Shown: in pieces, positions 12,260 to 21,261 of the stretch
How positions within the stretch are numbered: the first letter of the stretch is position 1
How the letters are laid out: each line of letters opens with the position of its first letter
Assembly: GCA_900545745.1 (NCBI GenBank)
Contig: URAD01000001.1
Span: forward strand, 12,611 to 76,610
Source: an uncultured Collinsella sp.
GTDB taxonomy: Bacteria; Actinomycetota; Coriobacteriia; Coriobacteriales; Coriobacteriaceae
DNA: 64,000 bases
Direction of reading: 5' to 3'
Notes under the pieces: generated by a model
Seen by the model: only the letters and a program-made list of their open reading frames with translations
The model's database searches: none
What the model was told of the DNA's origin: nothing
Program-made: the position numbers and the translations under genes

Positions 12260-15091
12260 CTACTCCCCCAGCAGGGCCTTCTCGGGCGTGATCGGCAGTG
12301 AGCGAACCTGATGGCCGGTGGCGTGCGCCACGGCCGAGGCAACGGCAGCGAGCGGCGTGTTGATGACGACCTCGCCGATCGACTTGGCGCCAAACGGGCC
12401 CGTCGGCTCGTAGCTCGGCTCAAAGGCCACGCGGATGCTACCGATATCCAGTCGCGTGGGCAGCTTGTAGCTCATAAAGTTGCCGGTGCGCAGGCGGCCG
12501 CGGTCGTCGTGCTCGACAATCTCGTAGAGCGCGTGACCGATACCCTGGGCAATGCCGCCCTCGGCCTGGACGCGCGCGAGCGCCTCGTTGATCACGGTGC
12601 CGCAGTCAACGGCAGCGGCGTAATCCACCACGGTCACCTTGCCGGTGGCCTTGTCAACCTCGACCTCGGCAATGCCGGCCATAAACGGCGGAGGCGAAAC
12701 GGGCAGGCAGGCAGAGGCATGCGAGGTCAGCGCGTCGCCGCCCGCGATGTTCTTGACGCACAGGTTGGCAAAGTCGCGCAGCGTGAGGTAGCGGTTCTGC
12801 TCGCGCGCGGCACGCTCGTCGGACAGGCGCACATACTGACCATCAAAGACCACATCGGCGGCGTCCACGTCCCACATCTGGGCGGCCTTGGCGCAGATCT
12901 TCTCGCGCAGCTCGGTCGCGGCGTTCTTTGCTGCCAAGCCCGTCACGTACGTGCCCGAACTCGCGTACGAGCCGGCGTCGAACGGCGACACGTCGGTGTC
13001 CACGCCGTGCACCACAATGAGCGAGCTTTCAACGCCCAGCTCCTCGGCGGCAATCTGCGCCAGAATCGTGTCGACGCCCATGCCGTTATCGGTGGCGCCG
13101 GTACCGATGGTAATGAAGCCGTCCTCTTCCAGGCGCATATCGATGCCGGCGATGTCCACGTTAGAGATGCCCGAGCCCTGCATGGTGAGCGCGCAGCCAA
13201 GGGCACGCACGCGGTCGCCCAGGTCGACGGCTAGCGGCTTGTCGCGCCAGCCGATCATGTCCATCGCGCGCAGCAGGCAGCGGTCGAGTGCGCAGGCGTT
13301 GAGCTTCTCGTTGTAGTACTGCGGCATGATCTCGCCCTCGCGCACGATGTTCTTAAGGCGCAGGTCGGCGGGGTCCATGTGCAGCATGTCGGCGAGCTCG
13401 TTGACGGCGCTCTCCACGGCAAACTGACCCTGGGTGGCACCGTAGCCGCGATACGCGCCGCCGCGGTTGGTGTTGGTGTAGACGGCGTCCCAGCTAAAGC
13501 GGCTCGCCTTCACATGGTTGTAGATGGGCAGGCTCTTATGGCCCGAAAGGCCGATTGTCGTGGTAGCGTGCTCGCCGTACGCGCCGGCGTTAGACAGCGT
13601 GTGCAGATCGATGGCCGTGATGGTGCCGTCGTTCATGGCGCCCAGCTTGACGGTCATCTGCATCTGGTGGCGCGAGTTGCCCGCGGTGATGGTCTCCTCA
13701 CGGGTGTAGCAGCAGTAACTCGGACGGCCGGTCTGCTGGGTGACGAACGCCACGAAGATCTCGCAGCAGCCCGTCTGCTTGGAGCCAAAGCCGCCACCGA
13801 TGCGCGGCTTAATGACCTGCACCTGCGACTGCGGAATATCGAGCGACTGCGCGACCATGCGGCGCACGTGGAAGGGCACCTGCGTAGAGGTGGTCACCGA
13901 AATGCGCCCAAACGCGTCGGTCGTCGCGAAGGCTCGGAAGGTCTCCATGGGCGCGGTCTGCGTGGCCTGGCTGGTGTAGGTGCGGGTGAAGACGATGTCG
14001 CTCTGGGCAAAGGCCTCGTCCAAGTCGCCAAAGTCGCTCGTGCCGCTGCATACCAAGTTGCGCGGGACGTCGCCGCCCTGCGGAAACATAAAGGTCACGT
14101 CGCCCTCGGGGTGGACCACGATGTCGTTATCGAGTGCCTGGGTAAAGTCGAGCAGCGGCTCGAGCACCTCGTAGTCGACCTTGATGAGCTTGAGCGCCTT
14201 GTCGGCGGCCTCCTCGGTCTCGGCGGCGACGATCGCCACCTCCTCGTTTTGGTAGCGCACGAGGTTCTCGAGGATCAGGCGGTCGTAGGGACTCGGCTGC
14301 GGATAGCTCTGGCCGGCAATGGTAAAGCGGCGCTTGGGAACGTCCTCGTATGTGTAGACGCCCACGACGCCGGGTACCTTCAGTGCGCGCGACGTATCGA
14401 TGGAACGGATCTTGGCGCGGGCATAGGGGCTGCGCTTGAGCTTGACGATCAGGGCGCCGGCGGGCACCAGGTCGCCCGTGTAGACGGGACGCCCCTCGAG
14501 CAGGGCCTTCGAGTCCTTCTTGGGCTGCTTATGAGTGATCTGCTTATAGGAGACGCCGTCAGAACTGGTGTCGTTGACCGGCAGCTCGGGCATCTCAAAG
14601 CCCACCTGCACGCCGGACTCGTTGAGGAAGCGCACGATGGCGCGCAGCTGGCTCTCGTAGCCGCTGCAACGGCAGAGGTTGCCGGCGAGCTGGCGCGAGA
14701 GCTCCTCGCGCGTGGCGACGAGGCTCGGGTCCTCCTTGGCGGCGCGGGCAAGCGCCAGCACGTTCATGATGAGGCCGGGAGCGCAAAAACCGCACTGCTC
14801 GGCGCCTTCGGCAGCCATTGCGCGGGTCAGCGCCTCAGACTCGGCCTTGAGACCCTCGAGTGTGGTGATGGTATGGCCCTCAACACGGGCGGCGGGAACC
14901 GAGCAGCTCAGCACCGGGTCGCCGTCGAGCCACACCGTGCACAGACCGCAGTTGGTGGTCTCACAGGCACAGCGTACCGACGCGCAGCCCTGCTCGCGCA
15001 GCAGCGCAAAGAGCATGGTGTCGGGGGCAATCTGAACCTTGACCTTACGGCCGTTGAGCGTAAAGGAAAGATCGATGAGTTTGGCAGCCAT
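12260..15091 (-). CDS. xanthine dehydrogenase-family molybdoenzyme, fused [2Fe-2S] + molybdopterin-binding subunit (XdhD/Mop-like)
   Basis: N-terminal 2Fe-2S ferredoxin domain (CGLCTVWLDG, CRCSGY), then aldehyde oxidase/xanthine dehydrogenase a/b hammerhead and Moco-binding domains. 943 aa. Its start overlaps the FAD-subunit stop (TAATG). Confidence 0.85.
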   Translation of the reverse strand: MAAKLIDLSFTLNGRKVKVQIAPDTMLFALLREQGCASVRCACETTNCGLCTVWLDGDPVLSCSVPAARVEGHTITTLEGLKAESEALTRAMAAEGAEQCGFCAPGLIMNVLALARAAKEDPSLVATREELSRQLAGNLCRCSGYESQLRAIVRFLNESGVQVGFEMPELPVNDTSSDGVSYKQITHKQPKKDSKALLEGRPVYTGDLVPAGALIVKLKRSPYARAKIRSIDTSRALKVPGVVGVYTYEDVPKRRFTIAGQSYPQPSPYDRLILENLVRYQNEEVAIVAAETEEAADKALKLIKVDYEVLEPLLDFTQALDNDIVVHPEGDVTFMFPQGGDVPRNLVCSGTSDFGDLDEAFAQSDIVFTRTYTSQATQTAPMETFRAFATTDAFGRISVTTSTQVPFHVRRMVAQSLDIPQSQVQVIKPRIGGGFGSKQTGCCEIFVAFVTQQTGRPSYCCYTREETITAGNSRHQMQMTVKLGAMNDGTITAIDLHTLSNAGAYGEHATTTIGLSGHKSLPIYNHVKASRFSWDAVYTNTNRGGAYRGYGATQGQFAVESAVNELADMLHMDPADLRLKNIVREGEIMPQYYNEKLNACALDRCLLRAMDMIGWRDKPLAVDLGDRVRALGCALTMQGSGISNVDIAGIDMRLEEDGFITIGTGATDNGMGVDTILAQIAAEELGVESSLIVVHGVDTDVSPFDAGSYASSGTYVTGLAAKNAATELREKICAKAAQMWDVDAADVVFDGQYVRLSDERAAREQNRYLTLRDFANLCVKNIAGGDALTSHASACLPVSPPPFMAGIAEVEVDKATGKVTVVDYAAAVDCGTVINEALARVQAEGGIAQGIGHALYEIVEHDDRGRLRTGNFMSYKLPTRLDIGSIRVAFEPSYEPTGPFGAKSIGEVVINTPLAAVASAVAHATGHQVRSLPITPEKALLGE

Positions 15092-16005
15092 TAGCGCACC
15101 TCGCTAGAATCGACGCCGGGCACGCGGCGGCAGGAATACTCATCCGTGGCGAACTTAGGGATCTGCACGGTCTCGAGCTCGCGGGCAAGCGCGGCAGAAA
15201 GCTCGATGCCGGCGGCGCGGCGCACGGCCTGAATCGCCAACGGTGCCGAGATGCGGCGGCGGTAGTCAGCCGAGCCCCACAGGTTGGTGCCATAGCTCAG
15301 TGCGCGTACGGACGCGGCCAGGGCGCGAAGCTCGTCCTCGGAAGGCCGCTCGTTCACCAGGCCACACGACTCGCCCTGCAGCAAGGTCGCGCGCAGCGGG
15401 CGGGCGCCCACGGTGACATGCCAGCTGTTGTCCCACCAGGCGGCGGTGACGTTCAGCGAGGGGAAGTCCGTCGCGGCCTTGCGCACGGCCTCGTAGCTCG
15501 CACGGTAATCGTGCTTGACGACTACGACGTGCTCAATCACGTCACGCACGTAGCCCATGTCCACGAACTCCGCGAGCGGCACGCGGCCGGCGCCCGTCAG
15601 CTCAACATACGAATCGAGCGCCAAAAAGGCCGAGAGCACGTCCGAAAAACCAAAGCGGCCGTAGATGCTGCCGCCCACCGTGGCGGTATTGCGCAGCTGC
15701 ACGCCCACGATGTCGTGGATGGCGAACTCAAAGACATTGTTGACAAGCGCGTTGAGCCCGGCATGACGCTCGAGCTGGCGCAGGGTGCACATGGCACCGA
15801 TGCGAAACTCGGTCTCGGTCTCCTCGATCTGATCGAGTCCGCAGGCCGAAAGGTCAATCGCCGTCGCCACGCGACGCGAACCCAGGCGCATCCAGATGCC
15901 GCCGCCCACAATCTTGTTGTTGCGGTTCTTCTGCAAGAGCTCATAGGCTTCGGCCGCGTTTCCAACACGGACGTAGGTACCGAACTTGAGCACGTTCTCC
16001 CCCAT
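15091..16005 (-). CDS. xanthine dehydrogenase-family FAD-binding subunit (CoxM/XdhB/YgfM-like)
   Basis: FAD-binding PCMH-type domain (KFGTYVRVGNAAEAYELL...KIVGGG). It sits immediately upstream of, and is translationally coupled to, the Fe-S/Moco subunit. Confidence 0.8.
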   Translation of the reverse strand: MGENVLKFGTYVRVGNAAEAYELLQKNRNNKIVGGGIWMRLGSRRVATAIDLSACGLDQIEETETEFRIGAMCTLRQLERHAGLNALVNNVFEFAIHDIVGVQLRNTATVGGSIYGRFGFSDVLSAFLALDSYVELTGAGRVPLAEFVDMGYVRDVIEHVVVVKHDYRASYEAVRKAATDFPSLNVTAAWWDNSWHVTVGARPLRATLLQGESCGLVNERPSEDELRALAASVRALSYGTNLWGSADYRRRISAPLAIQAVRRAAGIELSAALARELETVQIPKFATDEYSCRRVPGVDSSEVR

Positions 16006-16088
16006 CTCTTCACTTGTCCAGTACTTTTAAGTGTACCAAACGAGGAGCCGCACACCGTTTTAGGACAAAATCCACCCACCCATCCATA

Positions 16089-16156
16089 ACTTGCGGTGAT
16101 ATACGGACTGATTAGCCGTTCTGGGACGCTAAACAGTCCGTATATCACCGCAAGTT
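16089..16156. repeat. palindromic intergenic repeat element, copy 2
   Basis: acttgcggtgatatacggactgatt ... aaacagtccgtatatcaccgcaagtt. The arm substitutions are mirrored in the partner arm. Confidence 0.75.
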
Positions 16157-16235
16157 ATGAGGAGTCCTCCGGGATAGAAAAGGCTCCCAGCCGGAATGGC
16201 TGGGAGCCTCATCACATGCTATGTCGAGCGAAGAT

Positions 16236-17591
16236 TTAGCAGACGCCCTGGGCGAGCATGGCGTCGGCGACCTTCAGGAAGCCGGCGATGTTGGCGCCCA
16301 TGACGAAATTGCCCTCCTGGCCATACTCCTTGGCGGTGTCGTCCACGTTGTGGAACATGCCGCGCATGAGCTGCTCGAGCTTGCCGTCGACCTCCTCGAA
16401 GGTCCAGGACAGGTGCTCGGCATTCTGGCTCATCTCCAGGCCGGATACGAGTACGCCGCCGGCGTTGGCAGCCTTGCCGGGCATAAAGGCGACGCCGTTC
16501 TCCTGGAAGTAGGTCGTGGCCTCGATGGTCGTAGGCATGTTCGCGCCCTCGCCGACCACCGTGCAGCCGTTGGCGACGAGCGCCTGGGCGTCCTCGAGCA
16601 GCAGCGTGTTCTCGCGAGCGCAGGGCAGCGCGATGTCGCAGGGAAGCTGCCACACGCCGCGGCCGTCGCCCTCGTGCCACACGGCGCTGGGCCTCTCGTC
16701 AACGTACATAGCGAGCGTAACGCCCTTGTCGTGGCCAGAGCGCTTCTTGTTGTAGATGAGCTCGAGCACGGTGTAGTCGATGCCGTCGGGATCCTCGACC
16801 CAGCCGTGGGTATCGGAGCAGGCGAGCACCTTGCCGCCGAGCTGAGTGACCTTCTGGACCGCGTAGATAGCGACGTTGCCGGAGCCGTGAACGACGACGT
16901 TCTTGCCCTCGAAGGAGTCGCCGCGGCTCTTGAGGTACTCGTCCACAAAGTAGGCCAGACCGTAACCGGTGGCCTCGGTACGGGCGAGCGAGCCGCCAAA
17001 GGAGAGGCCCTTGCCGGTGAGGACGCCGGTCCACTCGTTGGTCAGGCGCTTGTACTGACCGAACAGGTAGGCAACCTCGCGGCCGCCAACGCCCAGGTCG
17101 CCGGCGGGAACGTCGGTGTTGGGACCGATGTGGCGATAGAGCTCGGTCATGAAGGACTGGCAGAAGTGCATGATCTCGTTGTTGGACTTGCCCTTGGGGT
17201 CAAAGTCGGAGCCGCCCTTGCCGCCGCCCATGGGAAGGGTGGTCAGGCTGTTCTTGAGAATCTGCTCCAGACCCAGGAACTTGAGCATGCCCAGGGTGAC
17301 CGTCGGGTTAAAGCGCAGGCCGCCCTTGTAAGGTCCAATGGCAGAGTTGAACTCGACGCGGTAGCCGCGATTGACCTGGACCTTGCCCTGGTCGTCGACC
17401 CAGGGGACACGGAACATGACGATGCGCTCGGGCTCGACGAGGCGCTCAAGCAGGGCGGCCTCCTCGTACTCGGGATGGGCGTCGAGCGCCGGCTGGATGG
17501 TGCCGAGGATCTCGGTCGCGGCCTGGATGAACTCAGGCTGCTCGGGATAGCGGGCCTTGAGCTCGTCGAGAACTTTCTGCGTGTAGCTCAT
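16236..17591 (-). CDS. gdhA: NADP-specific glutamate dehydrogenase
   Basis: Strong GdhA signature (GGGKGGSDFDPKGKS, GVLTGKG). Start at MSYTQKVLDEL with a GGAGGAAG RBS. Confidence 0.9.
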   Translation of the reverse strand: MSYTQKVLDELKARYPEQPEFIQAATEILGTIQPALDAHPEYEEAALLERLVEPERIVMFRVPWVDDQGKVQVNRGYRVEFNSAIGPYKGGLRFNPTVTLGMLKFLGLEQILKNSLTTLPMGGGKGGSDFDPKGKSNNEIMHFCQSFMTELYRHIGPNTDVPAGDLGVGGREVAYLFGQYKRLTNEWTGVLTGKGLSFGGSLARTEATGYGLAYFVDEYLKSRGDSFEGKNVVVHGSGNVAIYAVQKVTQLGGKVLACSDTHGWVEDPDGIDYTVLELIYNKKRSGHDKGVTLAMYVDERPSAVWHEGDGRGVWQLPCDIALPCARENTLLLEDAQALVANGCTVVGEGANMPTTIEATTYFQENGVAFMPGKAANAGGVLVSGLEMSQNAEHLSWTFEEVDGKLEQLMRGMFHNVDDTAKEYGQEGNFVMGANIAGFLKVADAMLAQGVC

Positions 17592-17848
17592 GCTTCCTCC
17601 AATTGATGGAAAAGAAAAGTGTCGTTCGAGGCGCCCCATGCGCCGCGAGCTTTATCGAGTATGGATAATATCGCACTGTTGCAGCAAAGTTTCGCATAAG
17701 CCGACGAGCGGATGTTTCGTTTTGATTACGATGCAGGTAGAAGCGTTTTTGAGTGCCTGACGTGCAAAACCCGTGTTTCAAACCTGTTTCGTCCACGTGT
17801 TCCAAACCACCACATTGGGGACAGGCACCTTTGTGGTGGTGTTGGTGG

Positions 17849-18244
17849 TTAGAGGACGAGCTGGTGGTAGTCGGCGGGGGTTACGCGGCCCTCGGTGGCG
17901 GCGCGGAAGGCGGCGAGGGCATCGCCCGAGAACGGCATGGCCCAGCACAGTCCGCAGCCGGCGGTGATGGAGCCGGGCAGCGGCATGATGCGCCCAGGAA
18001 CACCGGCGGCAAGGCACAGCTGTTCGCATTCCATCACATCGAAGGTGCTGTCGAACGACACGATGATTTTGCGTTCATGGTCGAGAGCATCACCGGACGG
18101 GCCTTCGCGGTGTGCATCGCGATACGCCGCGGCGGCCGCTTCCTCTTCCGCAGTATGTCCACAGCCATCGCAACCGCAGGTACAGGGTTCGGACCCGTCG
18201 CAAGTGCAAGGTTCTCCCGTGTCGGGACAAATATCGTGAGACAT
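17849..18244 (-). CDS. DUF3343-like (putative Se/S carrier) protein with a Cys-rich N-terminal extension
   Basis: The C-terminal ~75 aa (KIIVSFDSTFDVMECEQLCLAAGVPGRIMPLPGSITAGCGLCW) matches the DUF3343 pattern. The N-terminus CPDTGEPCTCDGSEPCTCGCDGCGH is a metal-binding-like Cys cluster. Confidence 0.5.
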   Translation of the reverse strand: MSHDICPDTGEPCTCDGSEPCTCGCDGCGHTAEEEAAAAAYRDAHREGPSGDALDHERKIIVSFDSTFDVMECEQLCLAAGVPGRIMPLPGSITAGCGLCWAMPFSGDALAAFRAATEGRVTPADYHQLVL

Positions 18245-18259
18245 GGCAACTCCAATCGT

Positions 18260-18892
18260 CTAGGCGAGTAACTCGGCCGCCGCAAACTCCTCGGGCGTAT
18301 TGACGTTCTCGAAGCAGAGCGTCGAGCCGGCGGCCTTAACGATCTGCGACTCATCCATATAACCAGCCTGAACGCGATTGATCAGGCAGCGAATGCGCTG
18401 GCGGTCGCAGGCGAGCAGCTCTTGGGCAACCGGCGCACACGCGTCACGGCGCCAGACGGCGCAAAGCGGCTCAATCCCCCGCTCCTCGCGCGGCACGCAC
18501 GCGTCGAGCGCCTCGACCTCAACACGATCCGCAAGAGCGCCGATGAGTTCCGGCGAGACAAACGGCATATCGCAGGCAACGATCGCCACGAGAGGCAGCC
18601 GAGCCGCAGCCAACGAGCTCGCGATGCCGCGCATGGCGCCCGCCGGCCCTTCAAGGTCCGCCACCACACGCGGCACCAGGCCGCCAAACGCGCGCTCTTC
18701 AAGGTGGGCAAGCTCGCAGGGGCGCGACGTCGTGACGACCAGTTCGCCGGCAACTGGCGCCAGCCGACCCAGCACGCGCTCGATGAGCGGCTCGCCGCAA
18801 AACGCCATGCGCGCCTTATCGCAGCCCATACGCGAGGACAACCCGCCCGCTTGAACGACGCAAGAAAGATCGGCCCGTCTTACGGTAGTCAT
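18260..18892 (-). CDS. MobA-like nucleotidyltransferase (molybdenum cofactor guanylyl/cytidylyltransferase MobA/MocA family)
   Basis: LSCVVQAGGLSSRMG.DKA...GEPLIERVL is a MobA-like NTP-transferase motif. Start at MTTVRR (18892). The 5'-extended track ORF (to 19126) reads as Arg/Cys-rich non-coding translation. Confidence 0.65.
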   Translation of the reverse strand: MTTVRRADLSCVVQAGGLSSRMGCDKARMAFCGEPLIERVLGRLAPVAGELVVTTSRPCELAHLEERAFGGLVPRVVADLEGPAGAMRGIASSLAAARLPLVAIVACDMPFVSPELIGALADRVEVEALDACVPREERGIEPLCAVWRRDACAPVAQELLACDRQRIRCLINRVQAGYMDESQIVKAAGSTLCFENVNTPEEFAAAELLA

Positions 18893-19047
18893 ACGGCAAA
18901 CCACCCCCATCGGCATGCTAAAAACCCGGTGCACGAGGCCATGCGCCATCGCCGAAAAAGAAGGCGACACGACAACCCCGCGCCAAAACAAAACAGCGCC
19001 TTTGCGGCACGCAGCAAGACCGCGAGCACAAAAGCGCTGGTAGCGTA

Positions 19048-19144
19048 TGGCGGGAACGTATGTGAATCGAACACATCCAAGACGTTTTGCACGCCTCGCA
19101 ACGGTTTTGAGGACCGCGGAGCCCACCGGAGCCCATCCGTTCCC
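19048..19144 (-). tRNA. selC: tRNA-Sec (selC), anticodon UCA
   Basis: The reverse complement is GGGAACGGATGGGCTCCGGTGGGCTCCGCGGTCCTCAAAACCGTTGCGAGGCGTGCAAAACGTCTTGGATGTGTTCGATTCACATACGTTCCCGCCA (97 nt). It has a long acceptor stem, CTCCGGTG D-arm, UCA anticodon and long variable arm, and is collinear with my recollection of E. coli selC. Confidence 0.8.
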
Positions 19145-19201
19145 AAGTGCGCCGGTATTTTACCAAACCGAAACGGCTCCATCCCAAAAAGACGAGCAAG
19201 A

Positions 19202-19267
19202 AGTTGCGGTGGAATAGTTCCTGTTTTTGCTGCCAAAGCCCCCAACTAGGAACTATTTCACCGCAAC
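19202..19267. repeat. palindromic intergenic repeat element, copy 3
   Basis: agttgcggtggaatagttcctgttt ... actaggaactatttcaccgcaac. The arm variants (gttcc/ggaac) are compensatory. Confidence 0.75.
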
Positions 19268-19293
19268 AGAGGAGACGGGGGCAGGTGACCGGC

Positions 19294-21261
19294 CTAGCGC
19301 AGGGAGCGCAGGCCGCCGGCATCCTTGTCAAGGACTGTGAAGCGTACGGCATCTAGATGCTCAAGGATGCTGATGGCGCGCTTGCGCGACACGCCCAGGG
19401 ACTCGCGTAGCACACTCGTGGTGGCAGCGCCGCCGGCGTCGGTGATGGCAGCAGCGACAAGCTCGCGCGCATGGGCCTCGGCGGTAGCGGACAGGGCAAC
19501 GTCACGTTCGACCTTCACGATGGAACGGTTGAGCGAAAGCTCGCGCAGCGCACGCGTCATGGTGTCGCGATCGAGCTGGAGTTGCTCGCCCACCTCGGGC
19601 AACGTCGGCGCATCGAGGCCGGCTTCGTCCAGCAAGGCAACGATGCGTTCGCTGGCCTCGCGCACCACGCGTGCCGCCGCGGCGGCCGAATGCGGATCGA
19701 ACACCTCGGCGCCCTCGGAGGCGCACACGCCGCGAGAGCAGCCCTCGGAAATCAGGGCTGCGGCAACTGTATCGTCAGCGGTAGGCCAAGCAGCATGGGC
19801 GACGGCGCCGGGCGTAAAGCCCGTCTCCTTGGGGGCAGCCGCGTGCATGGCAGACAGGGTCGCCGCCAGGGCATCCATCGCAGCGTCAAGCACCACGGCG
19901 TCCGCCAAGAGGTCCGTTTCACCCGCGGCAAGTTTGCGAACGGAGCCCTGCGTCACCAACCCGCGCAGCGCGGCATCGACCTGGCCGACACCAAGATCCA
20001 AAGCCTCGGCAACATCAATCACCGTAACCGGCAGCGCCTGCAGCGCAAGCCAAGCGCCCACACCGCCCGCGATATCGCCGGACTCGAGCGCCACATACAG
20101 CGCACGCTCCCCCGCCGAAAGCTCGCGCGAGCGACGGCAGCGCGAAAGCAGCACGCGCCCGCCGCCGATGAGCATGACCGGCGAATAGGACAGCACCACG
20201 GCATGGTCGCCGGCACGCAGCGGCAGCGGTTCCTCCAAGCGCACCTGCACGGTACGGGTCTCGCCCACCGCCATGGGGGCCTCGCCCTCCATGAACATGA
20301 TGCGGCCGACGACCTCGGCCGTACCGGCCATCACGTGCACGCGCGCACCCGACTCGAGCACACGCGGCTTGGCTCCCTCGCGACCCAAAAACGTAAACGC
20401 CATCATAAAGCGCAGCGTCTGGCCAAAGTGACCCTCCACGCCGAGCATCTCACCGCGATCGAGCGCAGCGACGCCATCGCCCACCAGGTTGAGCGCCACG
20501 CGCTGACCGGGCAGCGCCCGCTGCGTGTCGCCATGCACTTGGATCCCGCGTACGCGGCAGGCCGTGCGCGACGGCAGCGCGACGAGCTCATCGCCCACCG
20601 CAACCGGCGCATCGTGCAGCGTTCCCGTCACGACGGTGCCGGCGCCCTTGATCGTAAAGCAGCGGTCAATCGGCAAGCGCGGCGCGGCATCGGTGCGCTC
20701 GGCACGGTCGCGGCAGGTATCCCAGCAGGCATCCACGCACTCATCGAGCGCTGCCAGCAGCGCATCAATCCCCTCGCCCGTCTTAGACGACACAGGCACG
20801 ATCGGCGCGCCCGCAAACACGGTACCCGACAAAAAGTCGTCGACATCGAGCTCGGCAAGCTCGGTCATCTCGGCATCAGCCAAATCGCACATCGTCAGCG
20901 CGACCACCATATGCGTAACGCCCAGCAGTTCCAGCACATGCACGTGCTCGCGGGTCTGCGGCATCACGCCCTCGACGGCAGAGACCACCAACACGGCAAC
21001 ATCAATGCCCGTGGCACCCTGCACCATGGCGCGCAGGTAATGGGCATGCCCGGGCACGTCGACCAGGCCAACGATCTTGCCGCTCGGCAGCGCCAGCTCG
21101 CCAAAGCCCAGCTCCACGGTCATACCGCGACGGCGCTCAACCTCCAGACGGTCGGGATTCTTGCCGGTCAGCGCCTCGATCAGTGCGGACTTACCGTGGT
21201 CGACGTGGCCCGCCGTGCCAACGATAACGGGACACTCCACCAACGCCTGAACCTCACTCAT
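19294..21261 (-). CDS. selB: selenocysteine-specific translation elongation factor SelB
   Basis: N-terminal GTPase (GTAGHVDHGKS, DVPGH) and a long winged-helix C-terminus. It overlaps selA by 4 nt. Confidence 0.9.
   Translation of the reverse strand: MSEVQALVECPVIVGTAGHVDHGKSALIEALTGKNPDRLEVERRRGMTVELGFGELALPSGKIVGLVDVPGHAHYLRAMVQGATGIDVAVLVVSAVEGVMPQTREHVHVLELLGVTHMVVALTMCDLADAEMTELAELDVDDFLSGTVFAGAPIVPVSSKTGEGIDALLAALDECVDACWDTCRDRAERTDAAPRLPIDRCFTIKGAGTVVTGTLHDAPVAVGDELVALPSRTACRVRGIQVHGDTQRALPGQRVALNLVGDGVAALDRGEMLGVEGHFGQTLRFMMAFTFLGREGAKPRVLESGARVHVMAGTAEVVGRIMFMEGEAPMAVGETRTVQVRLEEPLPLRAGDHAVVLSYSPVMLIGGGRVLLSRCRRSRELSAGERALYVALESGDIAGGVGAWLALQALPVTVIDVAEALDLGVGQVDAALRGLVTQGSVRKLAAGETDLLADAVVLDAAMDALAATLSAMHAAAPKETGFTPGAVAHAAWPTADDTVAAALISEGCSRGVCASEGAEVFDPHSAAAAARVVREASERIVALLDEAGLDAPTLPEVGEQLQLDRDTMTRALRELSLNRSIVKVERDVALSATAEAHARELVAAAITDAGGAATTSVLRESLGVSRKRAISILEHLDAVRFTVLDKDAGGLRSLR

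Noticed and set aside
18893-19126. 5' extension of the MobA/MocA-like ORF to 19126 (288 aa)
   Set aside because: The extension translates to Arg/Cys/Val-rich sequence with no similarity. A good RBS/ATG exists at 18892, and the upstream region holds tRNA-Sec at 19048-19144 instead.
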